Of a stretch of 64,000 bases of DNA, positions 26,303 through 36,924 are shown piece after piece. The first letter of the stretch is position 1; every line of letters begins with the position of its first letter. A model generated the notes under the pieces. It searched no databases. It was not told where the DNA came from and saw only the letters and a list, made by a program, of their open reading frames with translations. Made by a program: the position numbers and the translations under genes. The stretch comes from Chrysomallon squamiferum (Eukaryota > Animalia > Mollusca), in NCBI GenBank assembly GCA_012295275.1, contig CM022665.1, positions 33,914,001-33,978,000 on the forward strand, read 5' to 3'.

Positions 26303-29300
26303 CTAAAAAACCCAGAATAAAGTTATTCTTTTATCTTTTTTTTTTTTTAATGTTGTTATAAAATAATTAAAATTTTAAAGATTAAAAGACCAAAAATTAT
26401 TATTACAAATTCTATGTTATATATATACAGTAGAATAAAAATTAAAAAAATGCATATTTAATAAACATAATCAATATGAGGTAATCTTCCAGTTTAAGTC
26501 TGCTCCTCAATATTTGCTTCATTATTTTGTTTTGATGCAAGTTCTGATATAAAAACATCATTTAAAACTGTGTAAATCCTATTTTCACTTGTCAAATCAA
26601 CCAGTTTTTGTGGTCAGGTTGGACACAGGCAGCCATGTGTTCATGTATCCAGTGTTAACAATAATAGTTCATTGTAACCTAAATAACCCCAGTACATAGC
26701 ATGGTGTCTTCCCATCTGGTAGAATTCCCAGTTCATATAATTCCCATTTCACAGAAAAAAACTTGTCTACCACAATACCCAATTACCTCTGTATATAATG
26801 GACTTGGCCTGTACATACATCTGGTTTCTTTCTAACATTCAGAGGCAGAGCGAGTGCATTGTTCCTAAATCAATTATGTAACATCAACCAAAAGCAGAAT
26901 AAGTGTTCACTTTTGTTGTAGATTTTTTACTTTTTCGTTATCATCATCATCTTCCTCCTCCTCATTATCATCATCATAATCATTATCATCAACATTATTA
27001 TTATAATAATATTATTACTAGTATTATTATTATTATTATTTAAGCTGGTCATTTCTAATTCATAAACATTTCCTTTCCATTACAAAACAACCAACCAGTA
27101 ATAAACAATTTTACATCAATTTCATCTATCTATTTAAAAAAATTCGTTGGGCCATATCTCCCACACCACTGATCCGACTGGGCTAATATTTCAGATTTGG
27201 TGCTGTGGGATCCCAGTCAACAAGTATACCAAGTTTTATAAAAATCTGAGATGGTCGGGTTTAACCCATTGGGTGATTTGACACGGAATGACCCTTTGGC
27301 TATGACTGAAAAAGTCTATACGAAGGACCAAATCATTGGGAATACTTTTAGATGAATACCTTCCCTTTTAATTATTTACATTCACTACATTCAATACATA
27401 GTTTATTTCGATATTTGTCATATTTGCATACTTTATGCGATAAACAATATCCATACTACAATAACACCTCAGATTAAAGATGTAATTGGTTCCAAATTTC
27501 CAATAGTTAAGTGAGGTATCGTTAAGTGAGAGACTAATTTACATAGAATTAAGGTCAAAAGCAGTGGTTACTTTCTCACTGATGAAATTTGACATAAAAA
27601 AAAAAGGTGAAATAAGGAGAAATAAAACGGCAGTTTAGACATAAATGATTTAATAGATTATAGATATTAAGTAAACAGTAAATCATTTACAAATCAATTT
27701 ATACAAATTAAGAAATAATTATATGCCACTTACTGTGGGTTCATCTTTGTGGGTTTTGGTTTCATTTAAGATAATGTATTTTGTTTTTAATGTTATTGTC
27801 TTCTGTTTCTTTTTATCATCAGCATCTGCTGGTATACTGTTATTCATTTTGATATATTGGAAGGGTAAATTACAAATGAATTTAAGTCTAAATTGAAGCA
27901 GAAGAGAAAAGAGAATCAGAATAACAGATGCACACATGATGTGTTAATTGATCAACACAGCTGACAGAAGCTTGTGAATGAACGAAAAACCAACAAAAAC
28001 GGACTTAAAAACATGCATTGTATCCATTTGTATCATTTATTTCAAGCAATTAACTATTAAATTTCTATTTTTATAATTTGTAAAGAAAAAAGATTGTTAA
28101 AGCGGGATATCATTAAGTCAGATATTACTGTATTTATACAATAATAATCGCATTCCAAATAATCTGGAACAGTTCATTATAATGACCGAGGTAAAACCAA
28201 GCATGTAAATAAGACCACTGAACCACATTTAGCCTTTCCACGAAATGGGAACTCTACTAGATGGGAGTAAACCCATAGCACTGAACTATACTGAACACCA
28301 TAAAAAATGCACCACCAGCTGATAATAATAAATATAATGGGGCATATATCAGCATTAAAAATATCAATAAGTACTGTGTTATTTTCTGTATGATGCATGA
28401 CGATGTAACTTACAAAAACAATCACATGAACACTATGAAACACAATGCAAACCATGAAAAATGTAAACTGAATGTGCAAATCATACTGGTTGGGGCTATG
28501 AAAGATGGTCTATGAATTTCATTTATGAAGTAGCCTTTGAAAGAACACTGGACAAGTGACAGCAAGGTTGACAACTGAAGAACATACATATAACTTAGGA
28601 ATCCTTCATGTCAGCATTTTGAGTAGAGTCATCACATAACGGTTTGGATATCACCATTCAACAATCACTGGACTCCACAAGAGATACCAGCAGACAGGAA
28701 CCACAAGGGACCATCCATGTCCAGGTCAGTGATGTATTACAACATAACAAGATCAATATATTGTTCACATCCACATTTGTGATTGAATGCTGCCAGCTGC
28801 CATCATTACACCAAATGTTGAAGATTAATGAGGTGTTCTAAGTTCAGACACTATGCATTGCCATCACTGCTCCATGACCATGCTCCTAAAGTAGGAGTGG
28901 AATGCTATCCCACAGAAAACACTGCTTGTCTTGTGTTGCTGCAGATGATGGTTATATGAGCTGTTGACTTTTCACTGTGATCCTGTGTGTCTTTCATACA
29001 TGAATTAGTACTAATCAATGTTTGTGTATTTGTCTTTGTTTGTTGTCGTTATCAGTCATCCATCTATTGCTGTTCACAACAAAAATATTTACAGCTCAAG
29101 CATTCTTTTTGAAATCAAAATTTCTTGGTTCTTCATTTAGTACATTTTTTAAAAAGTAGATGGCCATCTACTTTTAAAATAAAATAATATAAATAAAATG
29201 TTATATACTAAAAAGGCAGTTTTCTTTAAAAAAAATAAATAATAATAATAATAATAATAATTCCTTGTACATTCTAGATGCATCTCAGTTAAAATGACCA

Positions 29301-30055
29301 TTTTTGAATTAATCATAGTGACATGACTACTTGTGTCGGTGTTACTGATTTGACAGGTTTACCAGGCAAAGTGCACCTGTAAAGTTTTAAATGACCATTC
29401 TGAGTCAAAACGAGATGCAAAAGAAAAAACTGAAGCAAAATACTGAGTAAAACTCTGATAACAGTATCTGAGTAGTGGTAATATCAAAGTTATGCAATAT
29501 GATTTGTATCGATATATTATGACATTTAAAAATATAGCAATGAAGAATTTTTTTATTATTATTATTATGTAACTTTATTATGTATAAACACTAAAACATA
29601 ATATGTTTCTATTACTGCGCAATAACTTGAATAAGGATCTAACAGATATGTACAATTTACCATCTGATGTAATCAACAGTACAAATTACTAAATTTAACA
29701 TATAGTTATTAAAAATGATGTAATTTGTTTTGTTTTTTTTTTATTTGTTTTTTTTTATCTGGTTAGTTATTGTTACAATTCAAATTTAACGAAAATGGTA
29801 AATAAATCCATAAACATCTAGCAGAAATATCGTTTGTATTCGAATACGTGCTATCTCAATGACAAACTATCAGGGGAGACAACCGATAAATAGTAAACAA
29901 ATGAAATTCTCGAATAAACATTATTGCGATTTATACAAAGTATCATATTAAATTCATACTTGTCTGTCTTCTTCTTGTTTCGTGTGCACATGATATATCA
30001 TTCCAAATGCGAAGGCAATTGACAGTCCGAACGTAATTTTCGCTTGCGTCGACAT
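26195..30055 (-). CDS. PET117: PET117 cytochrome c oxidase assembly factor (two coding exons)
   Basis: join(30055-29960, 26302-26195) gives MSTQAKITFGLSIAFAFGMIYHVHTKQEEDRQ|NLRQGVYLDLERQEAKKKNKNKTDSTAATDSKAPL*. Matches the PET117 pattern MS..K...GLS......VH.KQ..D...LR.GV..D.ERQ..KK; intron at the position I recall for vertebrate PET117. Confidence 0.9.
27139..27294 (-). mobile_element. Solo terminal fragment of the same Sola-like family, in the PET117 intron
   Basis: Near-identical to ~3526-3681, ending ...GGTGATTTGACACGGAATGACCC; no partner end seen nearby. Confidence 0.9.
27459..28130. mobile_element. Degenerate Tc1/mariner (pogo/Tigger-like) MITE
   Basis: TA|CAATAACACCTCAGATTAA ... TTAAGTCAGATATTACTG|TA imperfect TIRs with TA flanks; repeated subterminal GTTAAGTGAG motifs; retains CpGs. 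Confidence 0.5.
29960..30055 (-). CDS. PET117: PET117 coding exon 1
   Basis: 96 nt, hydrophobic N-terminal helix, donor CAA|GTATGA, within a CpG-rich promoter region. Confidence 0.9.
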
Positions 30056-30480
30056 ATTCCGCATTCGAGACCTCTGAAAACTCTTTGACGAAATAAAAAT
30101 ACGTGCGTTTCAAATTCCGGAAATAGACGATTTCCAACGTTTTTAGCGCTTTGTTAATAAGTTAGGTCGATTTGTGGCGTCGTCACAAATGTGTAGCGCA
30201 TGCCAATTTATTCGTGATTTTAGAAAATGCAGTATTAAATCGAGCAATGAATAAATCATAAACTTTACAGCTTGCTGTGAATGATATCGAAATATTTGGA
30301 CCTCAATCAATGTATGAAATTATAATTTATAGTGAACTTAAAAATGACTTCCGTCCGTTTTAGAATTAATCTCGTATCCCACCTAGTGCTGAACATGAAT
30401 GTCATTTGTCTGTGTGTGTGAAAGGTAGTTTCATTTATTTCTATCCGTTATGTAATCGGTATGTGATTAATTACTGATAA
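30056..30480 (-). promoter_or_regulatory. PET117 promoter/5' UTR (CpG-rich)
   Basis: Dense CpGs, TTCCGGAA ETS-like palindrome at ~30115-30122, directly upstream of the ATG at 30055. Confidence 0.6.
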
Positions 30481-32226
30481 TAATGTGTTTAATATAACCA
30501 GAAAGTAGGCAAGCAGACAAAGTTGATATATTTTTTTATCATGTTGCAGTTTAGGTCGGACACTGTCAGCAGATATTTGAGTGAATGTAAATGTTTATAT
30601 TTTGCTACAATCTATTTATCTGCTTTTAGATTAAATACAAAAAAATTACATAAATTTTGCTTCTCAAATCATCTGATTTTTTCCCTTCTTATGATAATTA
30701 TTAAAGATTGGGTCATACAGAATTGTATTTTTGAAAATCATAAATAAATACCAGTTAAACAATTACAACTAATAAAATTGGAGATAAAAATGTGACTGTA
30801 ATTTATAGAAAAAACAAAGAAATCTCTTCTGGATTATAGATGCAAATTCAAGAAAAAAGGGTTTAATGCAACTATTGTTCATATTGACACAATATTTTAT
30901 GCTTTCATATAGGTAATAATGAGTATAGAATAAAGTTATAGTGTTATGCATATTTGGTACCTTGTGAATGTAAACATTATTTTTAATCATTAAATAATGC
31001 ATGGTAACATAGGAAGACTCGAGAACTTCATGTCAACATACAAACAAGGAAAAATAGAAATAAATGTGGCAACAAACTTCATTTAATGACTCAAATTTTA
31101 ATAATTTATACAGATATTTTCTGTACCATGGATAAATTATCTCTATAGTGTCTAAATTGGCACATTCCATTAGTCTTTAGTTAATCTGGCTTGTACAAAA
31201 TTTGTTTGTGTAAGTACATTTAAATCAATAAAATATGTATCTTAGATTAATTTAATACCAATTTTCAACTAATATAAGATATTTCCATCAAATTAAGTCT
31301 GAATTATATTCATAAAACAACATTATATAATATTTCTAATAGACCAACAAGGAATTGTGACTCATTTAAAATTGCTTCTCCAAATACATTTACACAATAT
31401 TTAATCTTTATTAATATAAGACTATTGATTCTCTTTATTGTGAATTGGTTTCACTATAATAAATGGTGCATAAGAATTTTATGTTATTCTATTTGCATTG
31501 ATAAAAAAAGACAAAGCACAAAAATTAACGATATCAAAAAAATTATACAAATTTATTTGCCTTTCAACTAGTATATATATAAAATAAAATGATAATTCAT
31601 GCATTCAACAATATTATCTTTCTTGCAACTCTTCATCTTTTCCCACTCTTCTAAAAAGAAAAAAAATTAATTTCATTCAATGACCCATTTATTTCTGACC
31701 TTGATAATACAGTTCCAGTTTAGCCATATGTGTCAAATATGAAATAAAAAACGTCATTAAAGTCTGTTTAAAGTCATGATTAATAATTTTAAAAAAAAGA
31801 AGAAAGAGAGTCAAACGTGACTGAACACTATGGTTTTAAATAGTACATAAAATACTCTGAATTCTTACATTAGAAATATTTATAAAACACACTGTAAAGT
31901 TACAACAGACAAAACAAACTCACAAAAAGACTATAGAGTTATCTAACAATACAAAAATATTCAGACATGATGAGATAACAAAATAACAAATGACCTGAAA
32001 ATATATTTTTTTAAAAGTACATATATCTTATCACTGCCATCAAGAATGTAATTCTGATTAAATACATAACCACATACAAATGTAAATAATTACATATATA
32101 ATTATATAGATTTCATGAACAAATTTTAAATTATTATATTGTCATATGAAAAAGACTGAAGGTACAGCCTGATAACACTCAGCAATGTTCATCCTCAGAA
32201 TGCTATACAAAAAGAAGAATTTGAAA

Positions 32227-32313
32227 TCATCGGGACAGAGACCTGCATTCACTGTCCTCATCCTTCCTGTACTCCACCAGTAGTTGTCTGAAGTCTTGAA
32301 CAAAGTTATACTG
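32227..32313 (-). CDS. CDKN3: CDKN3 exon 8 (last coding exon)
   Basis: QYNFVQDFRQLLVEYRKDEDSECRSLSR*, TGA at 32229-32227. Confidence 0.93.
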   Translation of the reverse strand, partial: QYNFVQDFRQLLVEYRKDEDSECRSLSR

Positions 32314-35293
32314 CTGCAAATACATTTTAAGCAAAACTGCTTTAAAATGAGTAGTGCTATGTATGTAATATTCATTTTCTGAAAGTTCTATGCAGTTAAA
32401 CCAGTATAAATACAAAAGAACATCTCTTCATAAATGTTGTACAAAATGAATGCTTTAAAATAACTTAAGCATGAAAATAAAATCTGATGACCTATAGCAA
32501 GTAGCTGCAATTTTGTTCATAACATCATCTGAACAAAAACTATGTATATTAAAAACAATACTCTAAAACATAAAAAATAAACAACAACAGGAACTAGTTC
32601 AGATAAACACATCTGTTGGCTTTTTGTAAGTATTGTCTGCTTTTGAACATGAGATACTAAACAGATTCTCGTCACTATATGACACTCAGTGTGTTCCACA
32701 AATAATAATGTCCTAAAATAACAAAGAAATATCACCTTCACTGACTGAACAGCACTGTTTCCTCTCAGAGCTCTCACTTTGTCAATGGCATCATTGGGTG
32801 TCAAAGATTCATCCATAATCATCATCAAGCAAACAGCAACTGAAAAAACATAATAACATATTGGTTCATGTTTTCATATATATTCATATTAAAATAACAA
32901 TATAAATACATTTTTCTCGCAAAATCAGGATTTTACTTTTTTAACACACACGCACACACACACATTTGTTTAAACTTTTCAGGTTTATGTTTATGATGAA
33001 ATTACATAAACAGAAGAACAGAAAATCTAACATCAATGATTTCCAATCTTTATTTTCAGTTTTTATTAATAAAAGATTAAACATATCCACATTTCATTTC
33101 AACTATGTAATTCTATTTCTTTCAAAATAAAAATAAAGATATAATATATATTACAAACCTAAACAAGATCTTCCCAAACCTCCGTAACAACTGAAAAGAG
33201 ATGGGAAAGAAAAATATCTTATAGACTAGAGAGATCTTTAAAGAATATTCATAAAGGTTTATTTTACCTGCATTTATAAACAAAACTACATGATTACTTT
33301 CACACTGAAATGAAATCATTCATTTTATTCTTAATATGAAATTACATCATTGAATTAAAACATTCCGTTTTATCCTTACAAAACCAACTTTTAAGCAAAT
33401 GCATCTGATCATTGTGTTTTTTTAATAATTATTACCTGTCAGTGTCAGAAATATTATAATCTAAGCTAGTTCTTAAAAATAAAGGAATTCTTACTGCACA
33501 ACTGACTTCTTGCCATTCATAACATTAATCCGTAGTTCTTCTACCATTTTTACAAGATTATCAATAGAAGGGACCTGTCCATCTGGGAATGGGTAATGAT
33601 GCACTGTTATGCCGTAGGATGAAAATTCATTTAATAAGTTGGGAACTCTGTATTTATTCAGCTCTCCCCTAGTGCACAGTGTAAAGACATCTTTGATTCC
33701 ACAGTCTTGTAAAAAATCTGAAAGAAAATCAATTTCTATTATAAAATGTATGGTTTTATATTAATTTTAGAAAAACTCAAAATAAAATGATGAAAAAAAA
33801 GCAATCAGTTAATAAAAAAATAAAAATGAATGTAGAAAAATATTCTACCTACTTAAATCATTTGGCAAACTTCGCCAGGTGTCTTTGAATTTGCAACCTA
33901 AAAAACAAACAAATAAAAATATAAAGATTTATTTTAGTTAATTGCATAAAATCTTACAAAAGCTTCCATTTTGTTAAAAAATAAATAAACAAATAAATAA
34001 TTTGTAGAAATTATATTGGTGCATATTTATAGAAAAATTTAAAAAAATATTCACTTTAAGTTTAAAGAAATATATTATTATTATTATAATTACTTTGTAC
34101 AAAATGGAAATAATTGTAAGCATCATAATGACTTACTTTAAAAAATTGTATACATCTTTATTTAAAAGATATTTTCTAATATGCAATTATATATTTATTT
34201 AAAATACCAGGCAAAGCAGATATTCCAAGCTTTTCATCTGAACCAGCTGAAGGAAGTTCTAACCTATAAATATAATATTTACAATGTATGTGTATTTCAA
34301 AAATTAATACTTTAAAAACTACAAATATAATAAATTTACTTACCACTTCTGAATTATTTTTTTTTAATTTTTATTTAACACTGTATTGATAATAATATGC
34401 TCCTGCAAATAAACAATTTATTTTCAAAGATACAAATTTTCTGTACTTTTGTTGAACAAATACTGTGTCTTTATGTAAATCAAAAACTGAACAAATAACA
34501 AAATAGAATGTATCTGGAAATGTTACTGTACAATTATTTTTAACATGAATTTAGTTCACAGTAATTATCAAAATCACACAGTAATGATGATGATGATGAT
34601 AGTGATACACTTCCATTTAATCTTTGACAAATGAAAGCATATGCCAAGTTATCATTAATAAATATTAAAACATTACCATCCAATTTCAAATGGACTTTGA
34701 TCAGTTTCTCCACTTTCCTCATCTGATGAATCAAATTCTGCCATAACTGATGACTGGAATAAACAACTTGTTTAAATAATTAAACAGTTACTGAATTGAT
34801 ACATGATAAACAAAAACTTAATGATTTATTATTACTACAATATCAGAGTCCATATTAGTAATTACAGTATAATATTATCATCATAATTATTAGTAAATGC
34901 AAAAATTTCAAAAATACCTAACTATAACATGATTTTAAACAAACAAATATAACATTTAATAATCTGTGCCATGTTCTTATTCCTGTATTTCTTTGTTTAA
35001 AATTAAAACGACTGTTGCACAAATGAAGTAGCATGTAATATGAATGTATATAGTTATAATAGTATCAACAATTATTTTATTACTGCTCTGTCTCATTTCT
35101 AAACACTAAATATTGGCTTAACATAAATGCTCCTGAAAAAGACACTGCAGTTGCATATTAAGCGTTTAGTTTATATTACTTTCTGCATAACGTAGAGTTA
35201 AAAAAATAAATCAGAATGTTAGTAATAGAAGTAAGAAATACACGTTCTTCTTTTTCACTTCGAAACTCGTACCTGCAAATTTAACAAAACCAT
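32227..35293 (-). CDS. CDKN3: Cyclin-dependent kinase inhibitor 3 (KAP, CDK2-associated dual-specificity phosphatase)
   Basis: Exons 35293-35273 (tentative), 34753-34677, 34263-34208, 33897-33853, 33717-33495, 33190-33159, 32839-32736, 32313-32227 splice in frame. Motifs EFDSSDEE, ALPGCKFKD, CTRGELNKYRVPNLL, catalytic HCYGGLGRS, C-terminal RSLSR*. Confidence 0.96.
32736..32839 (-). CDS. CDKN3: CDKN3 exon 7
   Basis: (V)AVCLMMIMDESLTPNDAIDKVRALRGNSAVQSVK, 104 nt. Confidence 0.95.
33159..33190 (-). CDS. CDKN3: CDKN3 exon 6 (catalytic CX5R loop)
   Basis: (H)CYGGLGRSCL, 32 nt. Confidence 0.95.
33495..33717 (-). CDS. CDKN3: CDKN3 exon 5
   Basis: FLQDCGIKDVFTLCTRGELNKYRVPNLL...PFPDGQVP...KKSVV(H), 223 nt. 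Confidence 0.95.
33853..33897 (-). CDS. CDKN3: CDKN3 exon 4
   Basis: (G)CKFKDTWRSLPNDL, 45 nt. Confidence 0.9.
   Translation of the reverse strand, partial: VANSKTPGEVCQMI
34208..34263 (-). CDS. CDKN3: CDKN3 exon 3
   Basis: LELPSAGSDEKLGISALP(G), 56 nt, AG/GT. Confidence 0.9.
34677..34753 (-). CDS. CDKN3: CDKN3 exon 2
   Basis: SSVMAEFDSSDEESGETDQSPFEIG(W); TTCCAG acceptor, GTAATG donor. Confidence 0.9.
35273..35293 (-). CDS. CDKN3: CDKN3 probable short coding exon 1 (MVLLNLQ)
   Basis: ATG...CAG|GTACGA, phase 0, in frame with the next exon; translation may instead start at the ATG at 34744. Confidence 0.5.
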
Positions 35294-35740
35294 GACAGAA
35301 ATCGAACAACCAATCAAATTGAAGAATTTTTAATTACATCCACGACAGATTATTTCAGTTTTATCAAAAGCGGTTAAGAAGCGTATCAAAATAAAATACA
35401 TAAATAAAAATTAAAGGAGCAGTCTATTTCTAAAGGGACATAAATATGCCTAGTGATTTCTAATTGATGTAAACAATCACCTTGTTTTTTTTTTCCAAAT
35501 GCGCAATGTAGGTTAATTTTATATTTTAAAAAAACCCAAAACAAACATTTATAAATCGTGTAATCTTTATATGTAATAGTCCATATTTTTACTCTGTTTT
35601 TTTTTTTTTTTAATAACAACCTCCTGCATAATTGCCGTCCAAATAATCTCTTTCAAAAACAAAAGTCGTTTTAAGAAAGGGAAACTTCAATTTGTTAAAC
35701 ACAGATAGAAAAGAAAGTACTTTTTCTGTTGATACTCAAG
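35294..35740. promoter_or_regulatory. Bidirectional promoter between CDKN3 and the F-box/WD40 gene, including the probable non-coding first exon of the latter
   Basis: CpG-retaining interval; CCAATCA at ~35310; plus-strand donor AAG|GTAATT at 35740/35741 and acceptor CTCATAG| at 36677, 5 nt before the ATG at 36683. Confidence 0.55.
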
Positions 35741-36682
35741 GTAATTACATCCAGTGTTTAGTGTTTCCTTTTTTGTTTTTAAATTTTTATTTTCTGTTTT
35801 CAATTTAAATACCGTTAACATATAATTACACTGGTTATTATACCATTCTGGAAATAATTAATACAGAGATCTAAATATCATGATGCGGTACATTCTACAC
35901 TGTCATAATATGTCATATTATATTAGAGAAGTTCAAATTTTAAGTCATCTGAGTAATATCACAACTTGCAGAGTTAATAATTAGTTCAACCTTGTGAACC
36001 GAGTTTAGAATATTCTTTATTTGCTTTATATGCATTGTTTGTTGTTGGTTTTTTTATTTTTATATAAATAACCATAATTTATAAAAAAAAATTATCTTCT
36101 TCACTCAAGGTTTCTTTTTTTTTTTAATTTTAAAACTTACATGTTTCTTATTAAGATATTTTTCCTATCTCAGATTTCAAATTATGTAATTAGTATATCA
36201 TTCATGAATGTATTTTTGCTGTGTGAAAATATAAGGCTAGAAATATTCCCCACCCCCAAAAACAAAACAACAAAATATAAAAGCATAATATTCCCTAATA
36301 TTTCATGTAAACATTGTCAATATTTAGTTCTCACTAAAACCAAAAAATAAAAAAAATAAAATTATAATAATAATGATAATAAAATAATAATAAAATAAAA
36401 AAATAAAAAATAGTTCAGGTTTAATAGCCATAAAACCCAGTATGAATTTTGATTTACCATGAATATATCTTTCAGTTTCATCCATATTAGTTGTAACTGA
36501 TTATATTATTTAATATCTCGTACAGTTTAAAATGACTAGAAATCCCAAACAATAACAAATAACATAAATGGCATTCATGTATATACATTTTTATAATTAT
36601 TAATTTATTCATAATTATTTAAATAAGAATATTATCAGCATAACAATTAATTTAATTTCATTCATTTTTTCTCATAGTAAAA

Positions 36683-36924
36683 ATGCCATCCACTATAATC
36701 CCAGTGGAGTTAACCCGAACTCATTCAGTTAAGCCAGCTCAGGGGTTACGCTATGGTAATTTTGAGGGTGTTGTCCACTTGCCTCCTGTAACTACAAGAC
36801 AGAGTTACGCAGAAGAAAATTTCTGGCAGCTCAACAATCAGCAGATCTACAAGACCATCTGTGAATGGTTCCAGTCATGGCGCCCTTGGCAACAGGATCA
36901 CCTGCTTTGTGGAATTACAGACAG
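36683..36924 (+). CDS. F-box/WD40 gene, first coding exon
   Basis: MPSTIIPVEL...ICEWFQSWRPWQQDHLLCGITD(R), donor AG|GTAAAG. Confidence 0.85.

Noticed and set aside
828-27294. Composite transposon formed by the left end at 828 and the solo end at 27294, spanning actinin exons 1-2
   Set aside because: Flanks do not match (ATTT vs TTTG), and the 828 end is already paired with 3681 by a perfect TSD
28180-28960. GC-richer stretch, possibly a LINE remnant
   Set aside because: No recognisable RT or endonuclease motif in any frame I read
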